Shown here: piece by piece, positions 51,861 to 64,000 of the stretch
Numbering within the stretch: the stretch's first letter is position 1
Layout of the letters: each line of letters starts with the position of its first letter
Origin: Eledone cirrhosa
Lineage: Eukaryota
Assembly: GCA_964016885.1 (NCBI GenBank)
Contig: OZ024742.1
Span: 187,860,001 to 187,924,000, forward strand
DNA length: 64,000 nucleotides
Direction of reading: 5' to 3'
Program-made: the position numbers and the translations under genes
The notes under the pieces: model-generated
Database searches by the model: none
What the model saw: the letters and a program-made list of their open reading frames with translations, nothing else
Told to the model about the DNA's origin: nothing

Positions 51861-53033
51861 ATCTCATAAATATATGAAAATGTTCAGACAATGAACTTTA
51901 ATGTTTATCATATTTAGTCAGCAATAACATTAATATTTTGTATAACATAAATATAACGTGTGATATTTTTAGAAGGCGAAAATGTTACAAGAGCATTAAC
52001 AATGCCAATGAAACTATTCGACTTCTCAACTGCTGACTCGTGTTACGCTGAAGTTATTTGTAAACTTTTAGCTCTCTGAAATCCTTCCGCTTCACAATAG
52101 CAATGCAATAATCTGCAAGAAACCTATCAAACAACGATGTCATAACATTAGTTGTATCACAAAGAGCTTAACAAAACATCCAATAACCCATGAAATAGGC
52201 ATTTTCCATTTAATGCTAACGCTTGCGCGGATGTGAAAAGCCATTTCAAGACAAAAGGCATTGTCGATATGTCGTGCTAAATATATCGAATACAGCCGCT
52301 GACGTGTATGTAATAGAGACGGCCGTAAGCTAAAGTTACGTTAGATTAGAATACAGTAGAGTAGAGGAGATCAGAGCAAATACTTCGTCGTCTAGTCATT
52401 GATTTTAGTTTCCTTTCAACAACGAACATTTCCAAAGAAGTTTGGCTACGTAAATATCAAATGTGTCAGCCTTTTGATCTAAGACTTTCTTGGAATGTTG
52501 GACTACTTACGAAGCGCTCTTGCATTTTTATTGTTTTTGAAACTAACTCCTCTCACATGCCATTTGCATCTCTTGTGTGTGTGTATGTCTATGTGTAGAC
52601 ACAGTCACACACACACACACACACACATATTCACACACGCATACACACATATATTAACATTTGCACATACACAATACTGCAATTATCCATTATCCCTCCC
52701 CTCTACCATTCAGTCATGCTGACCTTAGTTTTTATTTTTGATTCTCATTACTTGTCGTTTTATACTATGTATATACCTTTATCATACAGAAATTTGTCTC
52801 CGTCTCACTCTGTCTGTCTCTCTCTCTCTCCCTCTATCCCTCACTCTCTCCTCCCTCTCTATCTCCCTCCCTCTCTCACTCGAGCACTCACTTTTTACAC
52901 CCTACATTCTCTGTAATCTCTTCTCATCATTTCTGTCTTTCTTCAATTTCACTTTCTTCCTTTCTTCAAAATTAAACCTGTAATTACTTATGTTCACATA
53001 GACACTAATTGTTGCACCTCTGGCGTAGGCGTG

Positions 53034-53137
<104 letters not shown>

Positions 53138-53409
53138 AACGCACGCACATACACACACACACATACACACATATATATATATAAATCAGGTTGGATTCAG
53201 TTTGAAGCTGGCTAGACCATTACTCCATAGAGTACTCAATACTTGGGGTATAGTTATAATATAAAGAATCAGGACTCCGACGCCAGAGCTCTTGCCGATT
53301 CAACAGCTTGTTCCAGATTCAGTCTGTAACTAGCTGTTGAAAAGCCAAAAAATCTCAGCCGTCGGGGTCCGGGCATCTTTATAATGAATGTATGTATGTA
53401 CGTATGTTG

Positions 53410-53720
53410 TATAGCTCTGTGGTTAGATTGTGAGGTTGTGAGTTCGAATCCCATTTCGGGTGCTGTATTGGCTCCTTGAAAAAGACACTGTATTTCTAGT
53501 TGCTCCAGTTCATTCATCTGCAGAAATGAACTGTGACGTCACTGGTGCCAAGTTGTATCATCTTTTGCCTTTCGCTTGGACAACTTCGATGGCGTGGAGA
53601 GTGAGGTTTGGTATACAGGGGTGACTGCTTGGCGTCCATTAAAAACATTGCATGGACTTGTGCCTCGCGGGGAACGTTCTAGGTGCACATTCCATGATCA
53701 TTCAACCGAAGGGAGTTTAT
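53410..53720 (+). mobile_element. tRNA-derived SINE of another family (diverged relatives at ~54850 and ~58990)
   Basis: GCTCTGTGGTTAG...GAGTTCGAATCCC...CCTTGAAAAAGACACT...TGCTCCAGTTCA. Confidence 0.65.
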
Positions 53721-53778
53721 ATTTAGAGAGAGAGAGAGAGTGAGAGAGACACACTTTAGTTACAAATGATCACGCGTA

Positions 53779-53828
<50 letters not shown>

Positions 53829-53902
53829 AGCATACAACACGTTCTATCACTCCAACGCCATCATCAATATCACCTCTCTTTCTCTCTCTCTTCCACTTCA
53901 TC

Positions 53903-53937
<35 letters not shown>

Positions 53938-55689
53938 CCCTATCTCTCGCCCCCCCCCCTCTCTCTCGCTCCCTCACTCTCTCTTGTTCTCTCCCTCACT
54001 TTCGCTCCCCCTCTTTCTACCTCCTCATATATACATATATATATACAAAGAGGGGAGGGGGGCGAGAGAGAGGAGGGAGAGAGAGAGAGAGAAGGGGAGC
54101 GAGAGTGAGGGAGGGAACACATGTATATATATATACATACATACGATGATAATGTCCTCAGCGTTCATATTCTTGTTTTATCGACGGAGTAGTGCAGTTT
54201 ATTACGATACATCGACATGTGTATGGTAGTAGTCGTACAGCTGTTTAACATTTTGCTGTGATGAGACACAGATACCTTTCATTGATTTTAAATTTTATTA
54301 TATTCATCAAATAGTTCGACTTTCCGTAGCTATTACCTTCAGCAGCAGTAAAAGTGTAATAAAATATCTCACATTGTTCTTAGCCGTCAAAGTAAACGCC
54401 AGAGCTGTCTTAGCTTTAAGAATCTTGTTTCATAATACTAGTCGGTAAAATTACAACAACCAGTTGATAGCAATCTTTCAGACAAACAGAAATTACCAGA
54501 GTTGTTTGTTATTGCAATGTTGTAAAAACATGATGATCATAAGCTGAACCGTATTTTTGTTTTTCTCGCTCACAGAAGTGCGTTTTGTGTGTTATGTTCC
54601 ATTGGAATCAAACACACGTGGACAACCTGATAAAAACATGCTCATGAGTTTTTAACGTGCTAATAGATGGTTATATATTTTCACTATCTCAACAGTCTAT
54701 ATACATAAATCATTGACTGTAAACGGATGGTACAATGACACTGGCTCATAAACTCCAATGAGAATTTAACATCAAATCAAACTAAAACAAAATTTGAAAG
54801 GAAATCAATCCAACTGCTTCTTTTGCTTCATAATCTGGGTGTTTTCAATAAGGCTGATGAAGGTTCGTGATTAAGATGTTGGGATCACAATTCTAAAGTT
54901 TTGGGTTCGGTTCTCAGACCTGTTGAAGTGTTCCGTATTCAAGCAGGCTTCTTTATTTCACGTCGCACCAGTTCATTCGTTTGAAATTGAATACTAGATG
55001 CAGCTGAGGCCGACCAGTTCAAATGACCCACGAAACGTCCTCAGGCAAAAGGTATTGTACTTTCAAACAATAGCCATCACAATGATATTCTGCTTCGGAT
55101 TCATGTTCTTTTCGTTGTTTAGATTATTTTACAACCAACTAATACAGAATTGAAAACAAAATTAGCTCGCACTCAAACATGTGAATACATAAATGCATTC
55201 GTGAGTTTTATATATAATAACAATAACATTCAATTAGTTTGCAAACAAACGGCCCCATTATGCTATGTGTTTTAGACGACTATAGTCATCCTTTTGTTCT
55301 AGCGGTGACAGAGAGAAACAATCGACAATAATATTGTTTCTGCGTTATTGGCCTTTGTCAAGATTATGTATCTCTCTTCTCTGTCACGTACTAGAACTCT
55401 TGAGAATATATAGTTTTCTTTAAAGTATACTTCGGCTGATTAGCCGAATTTGTATACCGAGCGATTTTACGTCTAAATCACATAGCGTAATGAGGCGCTT
55501 TGCTTGCAAATGAATCGAATGTTATAATTATTCAATGTAAAACCCACAAATGCATAATATAGAATGTATATGATGTCCATTAATTACCATTTACAATGGA
55601 AAGTCGGTTTCATATGTATTATGCAATATTTGTATAATTTAAATTAATTGCTGCATTTGTCGCACTCTAATCTGTATACATAATTCTGT

Positions 55690-56896
55690 GTTCGGATACA
55701 TAAGGAACGAACTACACGTATCCAGAACAAATGCACCGACGCAAGAGACCGGGACACTCACACCACACATTTTCTGGAAGTACTGTAACTGAACGGATAC
55801 CCGACGTCCACGGCGAACCGTGCCAGAAACAACAGAGGACACCACACCCGAGGCACTAACACCTGCTTCATGAAGCTCCCACACTTCAGTGATGAAACAA
55901 CAACAGCCATCCTCAGAGCTATCAGACGAGAGGGACTAGATATCCAGCTAGCCCACTCAGGACCTTCTCTACGCGGACAGCAAACCAAAAACACTTCACC
56001 AGACATGACAGCGGCTGCAGGCTAGCCAACTGCCCCTTCGACTACACAGGCCTATGCCACCAGGTTTACGTCGTATACATATTAGAGTGCGACAAATGCA
56101 GCTATATCTACATAGGTAGCACCACCAAACCACTTCACATTAGAATAAAAGAACAGCCCAACACTAACGCTTCCTCATTTACGAAACACTTAATGAAATG
56201 CAAAACCGACAAAAACATAATAGTTAGGATAGAAGCTAAGGAAATAAACCTCGTAAATCTTAGAATTAAAGAAGCACTTATTATAGACAAAACACAACCA
56301 CCAATCAATAACAGACTAGAACTCAACACCCAATTTTAAGATGATAGAGCACCTAGTCCCACACTTACACCTCCACGTACCATCTCACACACACACAGGC
56401 ACGCTTACACCTTCACTTATTCTCTCTCTCACACACACACATATAGATGAGTTTTAACATGATAGAGCATCTAGCCCCCACATTTACATATAAACATGTC
56501 CTCTCACACTCACACACACACACGCATGCTTAGACCTTCACGTATTCTCCCACACACACTTAAACATACATGTCCAAACCCTTTTAAAAGGAGACAACCC
56601 TTTATCCACATAACCTTCACTCTTTGAAATTAGAAATATAATGGAATTTCTTTACTATTTCCTGTCAACATTACTTGGCAAGCTAATTAGAACACTGGAT
56701 TAACCCCTTTACTTCCCTCAGAAGAAGAGATATTATCTCGAAAATTAAGGATATTCAAATAAATTTGAGGTAAAAGATATTGTCAGCAATAGCTTTTACA
56801 TTTGTATTTATATTCTATATCCATACCTGCATTGTTCTGTCCTTCTAACTACAAACGTTTATACCTCACTAAGCAATACATCAAGTAAACTACAAC

Positions 56897-56900
<4 letters not shown>
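55690..56900 (+). mobile_element. 5'-truncated decayed PLE (thumb and GIY-YIG to stop at 56339, then 3' UTR/pLTR)
   Basis: LNGYP...KLPHFSDE...CRLANCP...VVYILECDKC..YIGSTTKPLHIRIKE...EALII..QPPINNR. Ends at (TA)n. Confidence 0.88.
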
Positions 56901-56962
<62 letters not shown>

Positions 56963-57173
56963 TTATTTATTTATTTACTTAACGCGATTTGACATCACTA
57001 TATATATATATATAGATAAGGGGACCTGTGACACTAAAATTCGTTTGTTTGAATTCATATGACTCCAGTTCCCCAGTGAATTAACAACCCAACAAGGAAC
57101 TGGGCATATCAGAGTATTGACAATATCATACACCTAAACAACATATGTACTTGTCTATACCATACTAATTCAA

Positions 57174-57228
57174 ACTGCCTGAAGAGGTCACAGCCAAAGA
57201 TGGCTGTCACTGAAATATATATAGCAGT
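57174..57228 (+). ncRNA. Canonical type I hammerhead motif
   Basis: actgc-CTGAAGA-g gtcacagcca aaga tggctgtcac t-GAAA-tatata-TA-gcagt, then AATAAA. Confidence 0.85.
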
Positions 57229-58019
57229 AATAAACGAAGCTAAATTTTAATCATTTGACTTTTATTTAACTTTATTTTATATATATATATATATATATGT
57301 AGATAAATCTACCAAGAGTTTACGGTAGTGTCCAATCCGTATGAAGAACTCAATGTATTCCGGATATCATGGAAAGAAGAGATGTAATGAAAATCCACTT
57401 TCGGTGAAAGATAAACGGTATACAGAGTCAAGATAAAATATTAAACAAATAATGAATAAACAATTCCTTATATTAAACAAAAAAAGTTCATTATTTAACG
57501 ATCGTTTCTAGGGTATATATGTGTTATAATTGGTATGCATATTCAACAGATCTATGTACAAAATTATACAAAATTATACAAATTATCAAGATTAAATATA
57601 CATACCTAACACACCCCCTCACTGACCAGCAGCTGGCTATTGCTAAATCTGACCTTTATAAAATAACCCACACCCCAAATAACTTCTCATTCACTACCAG
57701 AAAGGGACACAGCAGTCAACCTGTTGTTGCTACCTAGATGAAAACTGCTATGAAATCCCACAATGAATTTTATACTTGAATTTTCAAGTCTCAAATTTTA
57801 ACTCTTCGTATTATTAATTTTTCTTAATATTAATCAACATTTGAAAAGATGGCTTTTGCAGACCCATCGAAACCGGTCATTTTTTATGCCCTTTATTATT
57901 TCCTTACCTTATAAAATTATGTTTTTTCACAAAAAAGTATTCTGTCTCTTATATATTCCATGTGCCATTACCAACCTCAATTTTCTCTATAACCTTCGTT
58001 TTGTGTAGAAAATTACACT

Positions 58020-58074
<55 letters not shown>

Positions 58075-58249
58075 CCTACCGCTGCTAAGGGGCTTAAGCC
58101 CCTCCAATAATTTGTTTCAATATACTTGTGCTTCCATTTTTTATACTCCACTGACTTTCTATTAACACTAAGTATGTTAGTATGGTCATGTTTTTTTATT
58201 TATTTCTTCGTCTCGTATTGTTGATAAAAGAGCGTGAGCCAATAATAAT

Positions 58250-58460
58250 AATGATGGTTTCAGATTTAGGCAAAAGCCCAGGAATTTTTGCGGACAGGAA
58301 AGTCGATTAAATCGATCTAGTTCGTTACCGATACTTTATTTGATTGACCCCATAAGGATGAAAGGCAAAGCTAACTTCAGCATGATTTGAACTCAGAACG
58401 TGAAAGGTCTTAGCTATGTCATAAAGGATTTTGTGCGATGCTGTAACGCCACTGCCGCAC
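58250..58460 (-). mobile_element. Diverged SINE A-like copy
   Basis: GACCCCATAAGGATGAAAGGCAAAG...GATTTGAACTCAG. Confidence 0.75.
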
Positions 58461-59615
58461 ATACACACACACACGCACACACACACACACATAAGTCGCC
58501 AAATAATCACCAAAACTATAAGGAAAGCTCTGATATATTCTACTGGTTCTTTAGTCTCCTCCTACTAAATTCCTTTCTCAATCCGTTGGTCAATATCGAG
58601 GTTATAGTAGGGAATATGTGCTCAAGGTGCCACACGGTGGAATTGAACTTAGAAAAACGTAGCTCTGATGCACAATCTTTAACAACACTCCTATCATTCC
58701 GTTGCATATTAGAGGTGGGAGGGGGGAAACACAAAATGCTAATTGATCTGATAAAATGATATTATTTATTGATTCTCTAACGAGGAGGAGCATGAAATGT
58801 GTTATTGCTTAATGAACCATTGGTATATTATGTATCTATAATCCATTGTGCAGAGCAGACGGAAACAAATGAAAGCATTGAACTACTGCTAAAAACAAAT
58901 ACATCATGAGCACAACTAGTTAGTTTGTACTGATTACTCGTATTCTATTGTATATCAATTGCTGGCTACATTAATCAATGTGAATGCGGGAAGCTTAATG
59001 GTTAGATTTTTCCGTTAGTGATCGTAAGCTCCTAAGTCGATTCTCGATTACGCGTTTTCTTTTTCAACAAGATATATTATTTCGGGTTATTCCGCGTGAC
59101 AGAGCTGGAAAAAAGTGACATGTATACGTATTTCAGAAGACCCACATTGCAAACCTACCGATTTCTAAAAACGCAAATTGGGAGTACTATGAAAAAAAGT
59201 GCCCGAAACAGGAAGAAATGAGTCAAAATGGGGAGATTTTACATTAATGATAGCTATACCCATTTCCATGATAGAAGACATCTGTCACCCACCCCAAAGT
59301 GGGTGGGAGATATCTCCGTCGAGCGGGGAGAGTTGACAGGTCAGACGTTGTCACATATCATGTCACACTGAATCTCTCCAAGAACTACGTTAAATTACAT
59401 GTACTTTCGAATGGGTCGCCGCTTACGCCTTCATTCGACAAACATGCTGTTTTGTTAATCGAAATTGACAGGGACACATAGTGAGAAATAACGAAGCCCT
59501 CCATCCCACATAACAATGAGTGGCGGCGAATTGGGTTAGAGGATCCTATTATGTACCTCTGTAATTTATGGCCCACTATGAGTTCAAATTCCTACAACAC
59601 CGGACAGGCTGGTTT

Positions 59616-59691
<76 letters not shown>

Positions 59692-59780
59692 TTTGAAGAA
59701 GCTAGATGGTCGGTCGTCCTATTGTCTATGATTTTCAGCCCCTTGGATTTTATCTGTTATATTCCTTTGTTATATTTCGA

Positions 59781-59838
59781 ATACCTGATGATATCACCGG
59801 ATTCATGCGGAACCCGGTGATTGAAATTATCATAGTAT
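59781..59838 (+). ncRNA. Type I hammerhead motif
   Basis: atac-CTGATGA-t atcaccgg..ccggtgat t-GAAA-ttatca-TA-gtat, then AATAAA. Confidence 0.75.
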
Positions 59839-61538
59839 AATAAACCTTTCAAGGATTTACACAAGTCCAGCCTCCTGTTATATTATTATAATATATATAT
59901 AGAGAGAGAGAGAATAAGGAAAAGCGAAGTAGTTTCAGATGTTCAAGTCCTTTAATAATAATTGTTTCTACTTTAGGCACAAGGCCAACCATTATCCCAG
60001 TGCATTACTGGTACTTTATTTTATCCACCCCGAAAATAATGCTGTGATATATATTTCAATGGCGAAAGTGGCCACACTGTTCTGTGGGCCAGTCTCGCGA
60101 CATCGTCAGACAGCTTGTTACTTAATAAGGCTATGTTTCCGAGGCAATCCAAATTGAATCGACATGGGAACGAACGAAGTATGTGCTTTTGGGTTCTTCA
60201 TCCGATCCCCTGTGAGTACCAATTGACCCCCACTGGTCTGCGCAGGCGCAGGTCCAGGGGGAAGTTAACCATTAGCTACCGCAGATTTAAACGAATTTCG
60301 CTTAGTCAGTTCCCTCTCTCAGCCAGACAATGACCCATTCAAGCCTGCACTTGTTTACTGCTACCCATCCCGTCTGTGGCAGTCAGCCGAAAGCCAGTGG
60401 GGATGGGAGAGTGTTAGTATTTACAGGTCTCTTTACTACCTCTCACAATCATGGACAGTATAACTGACCATCAACCCCTAAGGGGATATATTTAATTCTA
60501 TGTATCATAGTTTCATATTGGAAGTTATAAGTGAAATTAGAACTAAAAATTACAATTTAAAATCGAAAATCCTAAATCAAGTATCAGAAATTATAAATTA
60601 AAAAATCAACAATTAGAAATTAAACAATTAAAGATTGTTCAAGTGAGAATGCGGGTTCAGGTGAGTAAAAATATTATAGATTGAAGTGAGTAAATAATAT
60701 TCAGAGAGATGTTTAAGTAAGAAGTTCTGAAAGTGGTCCTAATGTTGCAGTTATACTATCTACATACTGAACGATGGTGCCGTACAGTAGAACTGAGGGT
60801 AAATTACAGTATTACGGGTAGTAGTCAATCGGGTACATAGTCGTAATTTCCATCACATGCAACAAAACCAACAAAAACATATATAAAGTACACAAAAGAA
60901 AAGAAGTCTGTCAAATATGTTAAAAACTTGTTCGATATTTCATGTAAATTTAATTGTCTCAGTGAAAATATTACAGTTGCAGGTAAGGATCCAAATATAA
61001 TTTGTAATCAAGAGAAACTGACACCTGCAATTAGGAGATACACCATTGAAAGTGTAATATCAATTGATTAGACAGTGCTTTGTGTCTGACTAACTTGGTG
61101 AACCGTCCTTAACTTCATGTTCCTCACACACATGACGACATATGGACATGTCTCATTCCATCCATCTATCAATTCATCCATGAGTATTTTAGCCGTGACA
61201 TTCTAATATCGATAGTAATCTGTAAACTTAATCTCTTTATTTCTTCACTACCCCTTGCTTTCCAAGACTACCTTTTACTATCGATATGCCTTCCAGTGTC
61301 TATTTCTATTTTGAGTCTTCTATCCAACTTATTCTCAATGAGTGGTAGCCCTCCACTTCGAAAATCGATCCTCTAGATGATCCTTTATTATGCTCCCTCC
61401 CCGCCCCCAAGAAAAACGTCATCATCATCCCGTCCTATAATATCTAATGTATACTAGCCCAACGCCTATGTAATTACTTATATGTACTATTTTGTTAAAT
61501 TAATCTTGTGCCACAATTCGTTTTTATTATATAAAGGG

Positions 61539-62097
61539 TGGAGTTCAAATCCCGCCGAGGTTAACTTTGCGTTTCATCCTTATGGGGTCGATAAAATAAA
61601 GTACCAGTAATACACTGGACAATTGCTGGCCTTGTGCCAAAAAGGTAGAAGCAATTATATAAAGGGCGGTGGATTGGCAGTATCGGTAGAGGGTCGAACG
61701 CCATGCTTTGCCCCAAAGAGTTACGGCCCTTTATGGTCTGAGTTCAAATCCCGCCGGGGTTTACTTTGCCTTTCATCCTTACAGGGTCGATTAAATAAAG
61801 TACCAGTAATATACTAGGATAATTGCTGGCGTTGTGCCAAAAGTAGAAACAATTATATAGAAATAGCGTCGGATTGGCAGTATAGATAGAGCATCGGACA
61901 CCAAGCTTTACAAAATGAACTTTACAAAATGAACGTTCTAATTTTCAAATCCTGTCTATTTCAGCTTTGATTTTAATTCTTATGGGGGGGGGGGGGGGCG
62001 ATAATTCTGATGGGGAGGTCGCACTAGGGTCAATTTTTAAATGAACCACCACCCCGCCCCATATTGTTGGTCGCGTGCCTAAACCAGAAACAATTAT
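61539..62097 (+). mobile_element. Three head-to-tail SINE A copies (truncated, full-length, diverged)
   Basis: Tails at ~61655, ~61855 and ~62095. Duplications ATTATATAAAGGG and ATTATATAGAAATAGC. Confidence 0.88.
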
Positions 62098-62694
62098 ATA
62101 GAAATAGCAATTAATGGAAGAAAATTAAAACATTTAATACAAATTAACATGGCCGAATATATTTTTCTTGTACGTCATTAGAGTAATATATAAACTTTTT
62201 ATGTAAATGCATTAGTTAGTTGAAATCATATGAAAACAACGTCAAGCCTAAAGGTCATTGAAAGTTAAATCTGGAAAGAGCTTTTAGAATAAGAGTTATT
62301 TGGGTTATCTGTGAAACCATTTGTTGTTCAGTCCAGCCACTTAGAAAAACAGCCTGTTTGGACAAGGTACAGCCATCTTTTACGATTATATCCTGTGGAA
62401 CAAATGTAAATCAGTTGAAAATTTAGTAAAAGCCATGCTGTTTAAGTGCTTCTTTTACGTTACATATTATACACAGATTTCGAAATATGTGTATATCCTT
62501 CCGAACATGTTAGAATGTTGAGTAGTTTTAATATATCTGTAGATAAAAGTGTCTATATACTGTGTCTTACATAGTGAAATATCGACCAATAGGATGTCAG
62601 CATTACATGTAAATGCTTGATTTATTGTGGTTTGATGTTTCCATGCTACTATGTTCCAATCTTGTTAAAACTAAATCTGTTTTCGATTAAGAGG

Positions 62695-62754
<60 letters not shown>

Positions 62755-64000
62755 GCTTAGCATGACCTAATGGTTTAATAAGCTCGCCTCACAATCATTA
62801 GTACCTGACTTCGATCACCAATACGTGGTATTTTCAGGGAGTGAATTTTACCATAGCCTTCAGTGGACTCAATCGATGTAAGTGGAAGTACTTTTGAATG
62901 TAGCATGGAAATACTTTGTAAAGCGGTGTGGTCGCACATTGGTAAGCGGTGTGGAGGTACTTCGGAAAGCGGTATGGAGGTACTGTTGGCAGGAGGTATG
63001 GAAAAACTTTGGAAGGACAACCTTACTGATTCGAAACTCCAACTTTGTTATATATTGTGTCATGCTGATTCGACTTAAGGGAACACGTGTCTGTCGAGTG
63101 CTCGACGTTGATCCACACGGCTGGCTTATCGCTGATACCAACATAGCCGATCCCTCATGCCATCTTACCTGATATTAAAGGGATAAAATATATCATATTA
63201 ATTAGATTTTGCATTATATTTAACGTCTGACTTTATAACAGAACGCTTTAAGAAATGTTTAATGAACTAATAGGAAGGATCCATACCTATTTCGACAACG
63301 GGTGTTCCATGTCTTTTATCAGCCTACTCCTATGATTAATGTGCAAGTGTCTTCAAATTCCAAAGACACGTGTGTTTTTCATAGAATCAGCTGGGCCACA
63401 TATGTCAAAAGGCTAGTGATTTTTTTATTTCCGACACATTCGATCGAATGACCTTCCTATTAGTTTTTGCCCCCTCAATTGCAATCAGAATGCCTGGATC
63501 GACTCGAAGTTATAGTAAATGAAGTTGCACAAGATGACATGCAGTGGAATTGAACTCGGGATCCCATGATTGCGAGGCGAGCTTATAAACCAACTAAAAA
63601 TGTTGTGTCCTCAATGAATTATTACGATAGTATGTTTCATTATTTCCAATAAAATATGGGCACTCATTTGAAAGTCCAGCCGACTAACAGAAAACCGTTG
63701 TCACAATAAATCTTCATTAAATATATTAATTCACAAATCAGTTTCTCAACCGCAAAGAGTTTTAAGCTGTCAATTAAGAAATCTAATTATGTTTGTAAGA
63801 GGCAATACATTGTTTCAGTAATTAGAGCGTTTAATTAAAGTGTTTACTATTTGCTTTCGCTCTTTCTGCGTTCAAATCACGCCATTATAAATCGAGGCTG
63901 TCTTCTTTTTAGAGTAGATAAAGTAACAGTGTGGACCGAGCTATTTGCGGAAATGCTAACGTGTCTGACATGATTCCTTGCAGTAACTTTTGTGACTCTC

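Noticed and set aside
62775-63172. Overlapping short ORFs
   Set aside because: Repeat-like sequence with short internal AAGCGGT(G/A)TGG repeats after a SINE-like head, and no protein motif.

Overview
This is a very AT-rich eukaryotic window with no recognisable host exons, so it is intergenic or intronic. Its repeat content (tRNA-derived SINE family, very long (TA)n tracts, Penelope-like elements) resembles an octopus/cephalopod genome; that assignment is an inference. Almost all ORF-track calls are (TA)n artefacts. The real coding remnants are all retroelements: six Penelope-like element (PLE) fragments with C-terminal GIY-YIG endonucleases, one R4/Dong-type RLE LINE in (TAA)n, one RTE-type LINE 3' end with a 5' inversion, and one decayed CRE-like fragment. 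There are also about 15 SINE copies and a truncated tRNA-Gly(CCC). The main hidden signal is more than 20 minimal type-I hammerhead ribozyme (HHR) motifs from at least 10 unrelated PLE terminal-repeat (pLTR) families. Most have a palindromic stem III and an AATAAA directly downstream. They sit in short non-coding fold-back cassettes embedded in (TA)n microsatellites. Coordinates were counted by hand and element boundaries are approximate.
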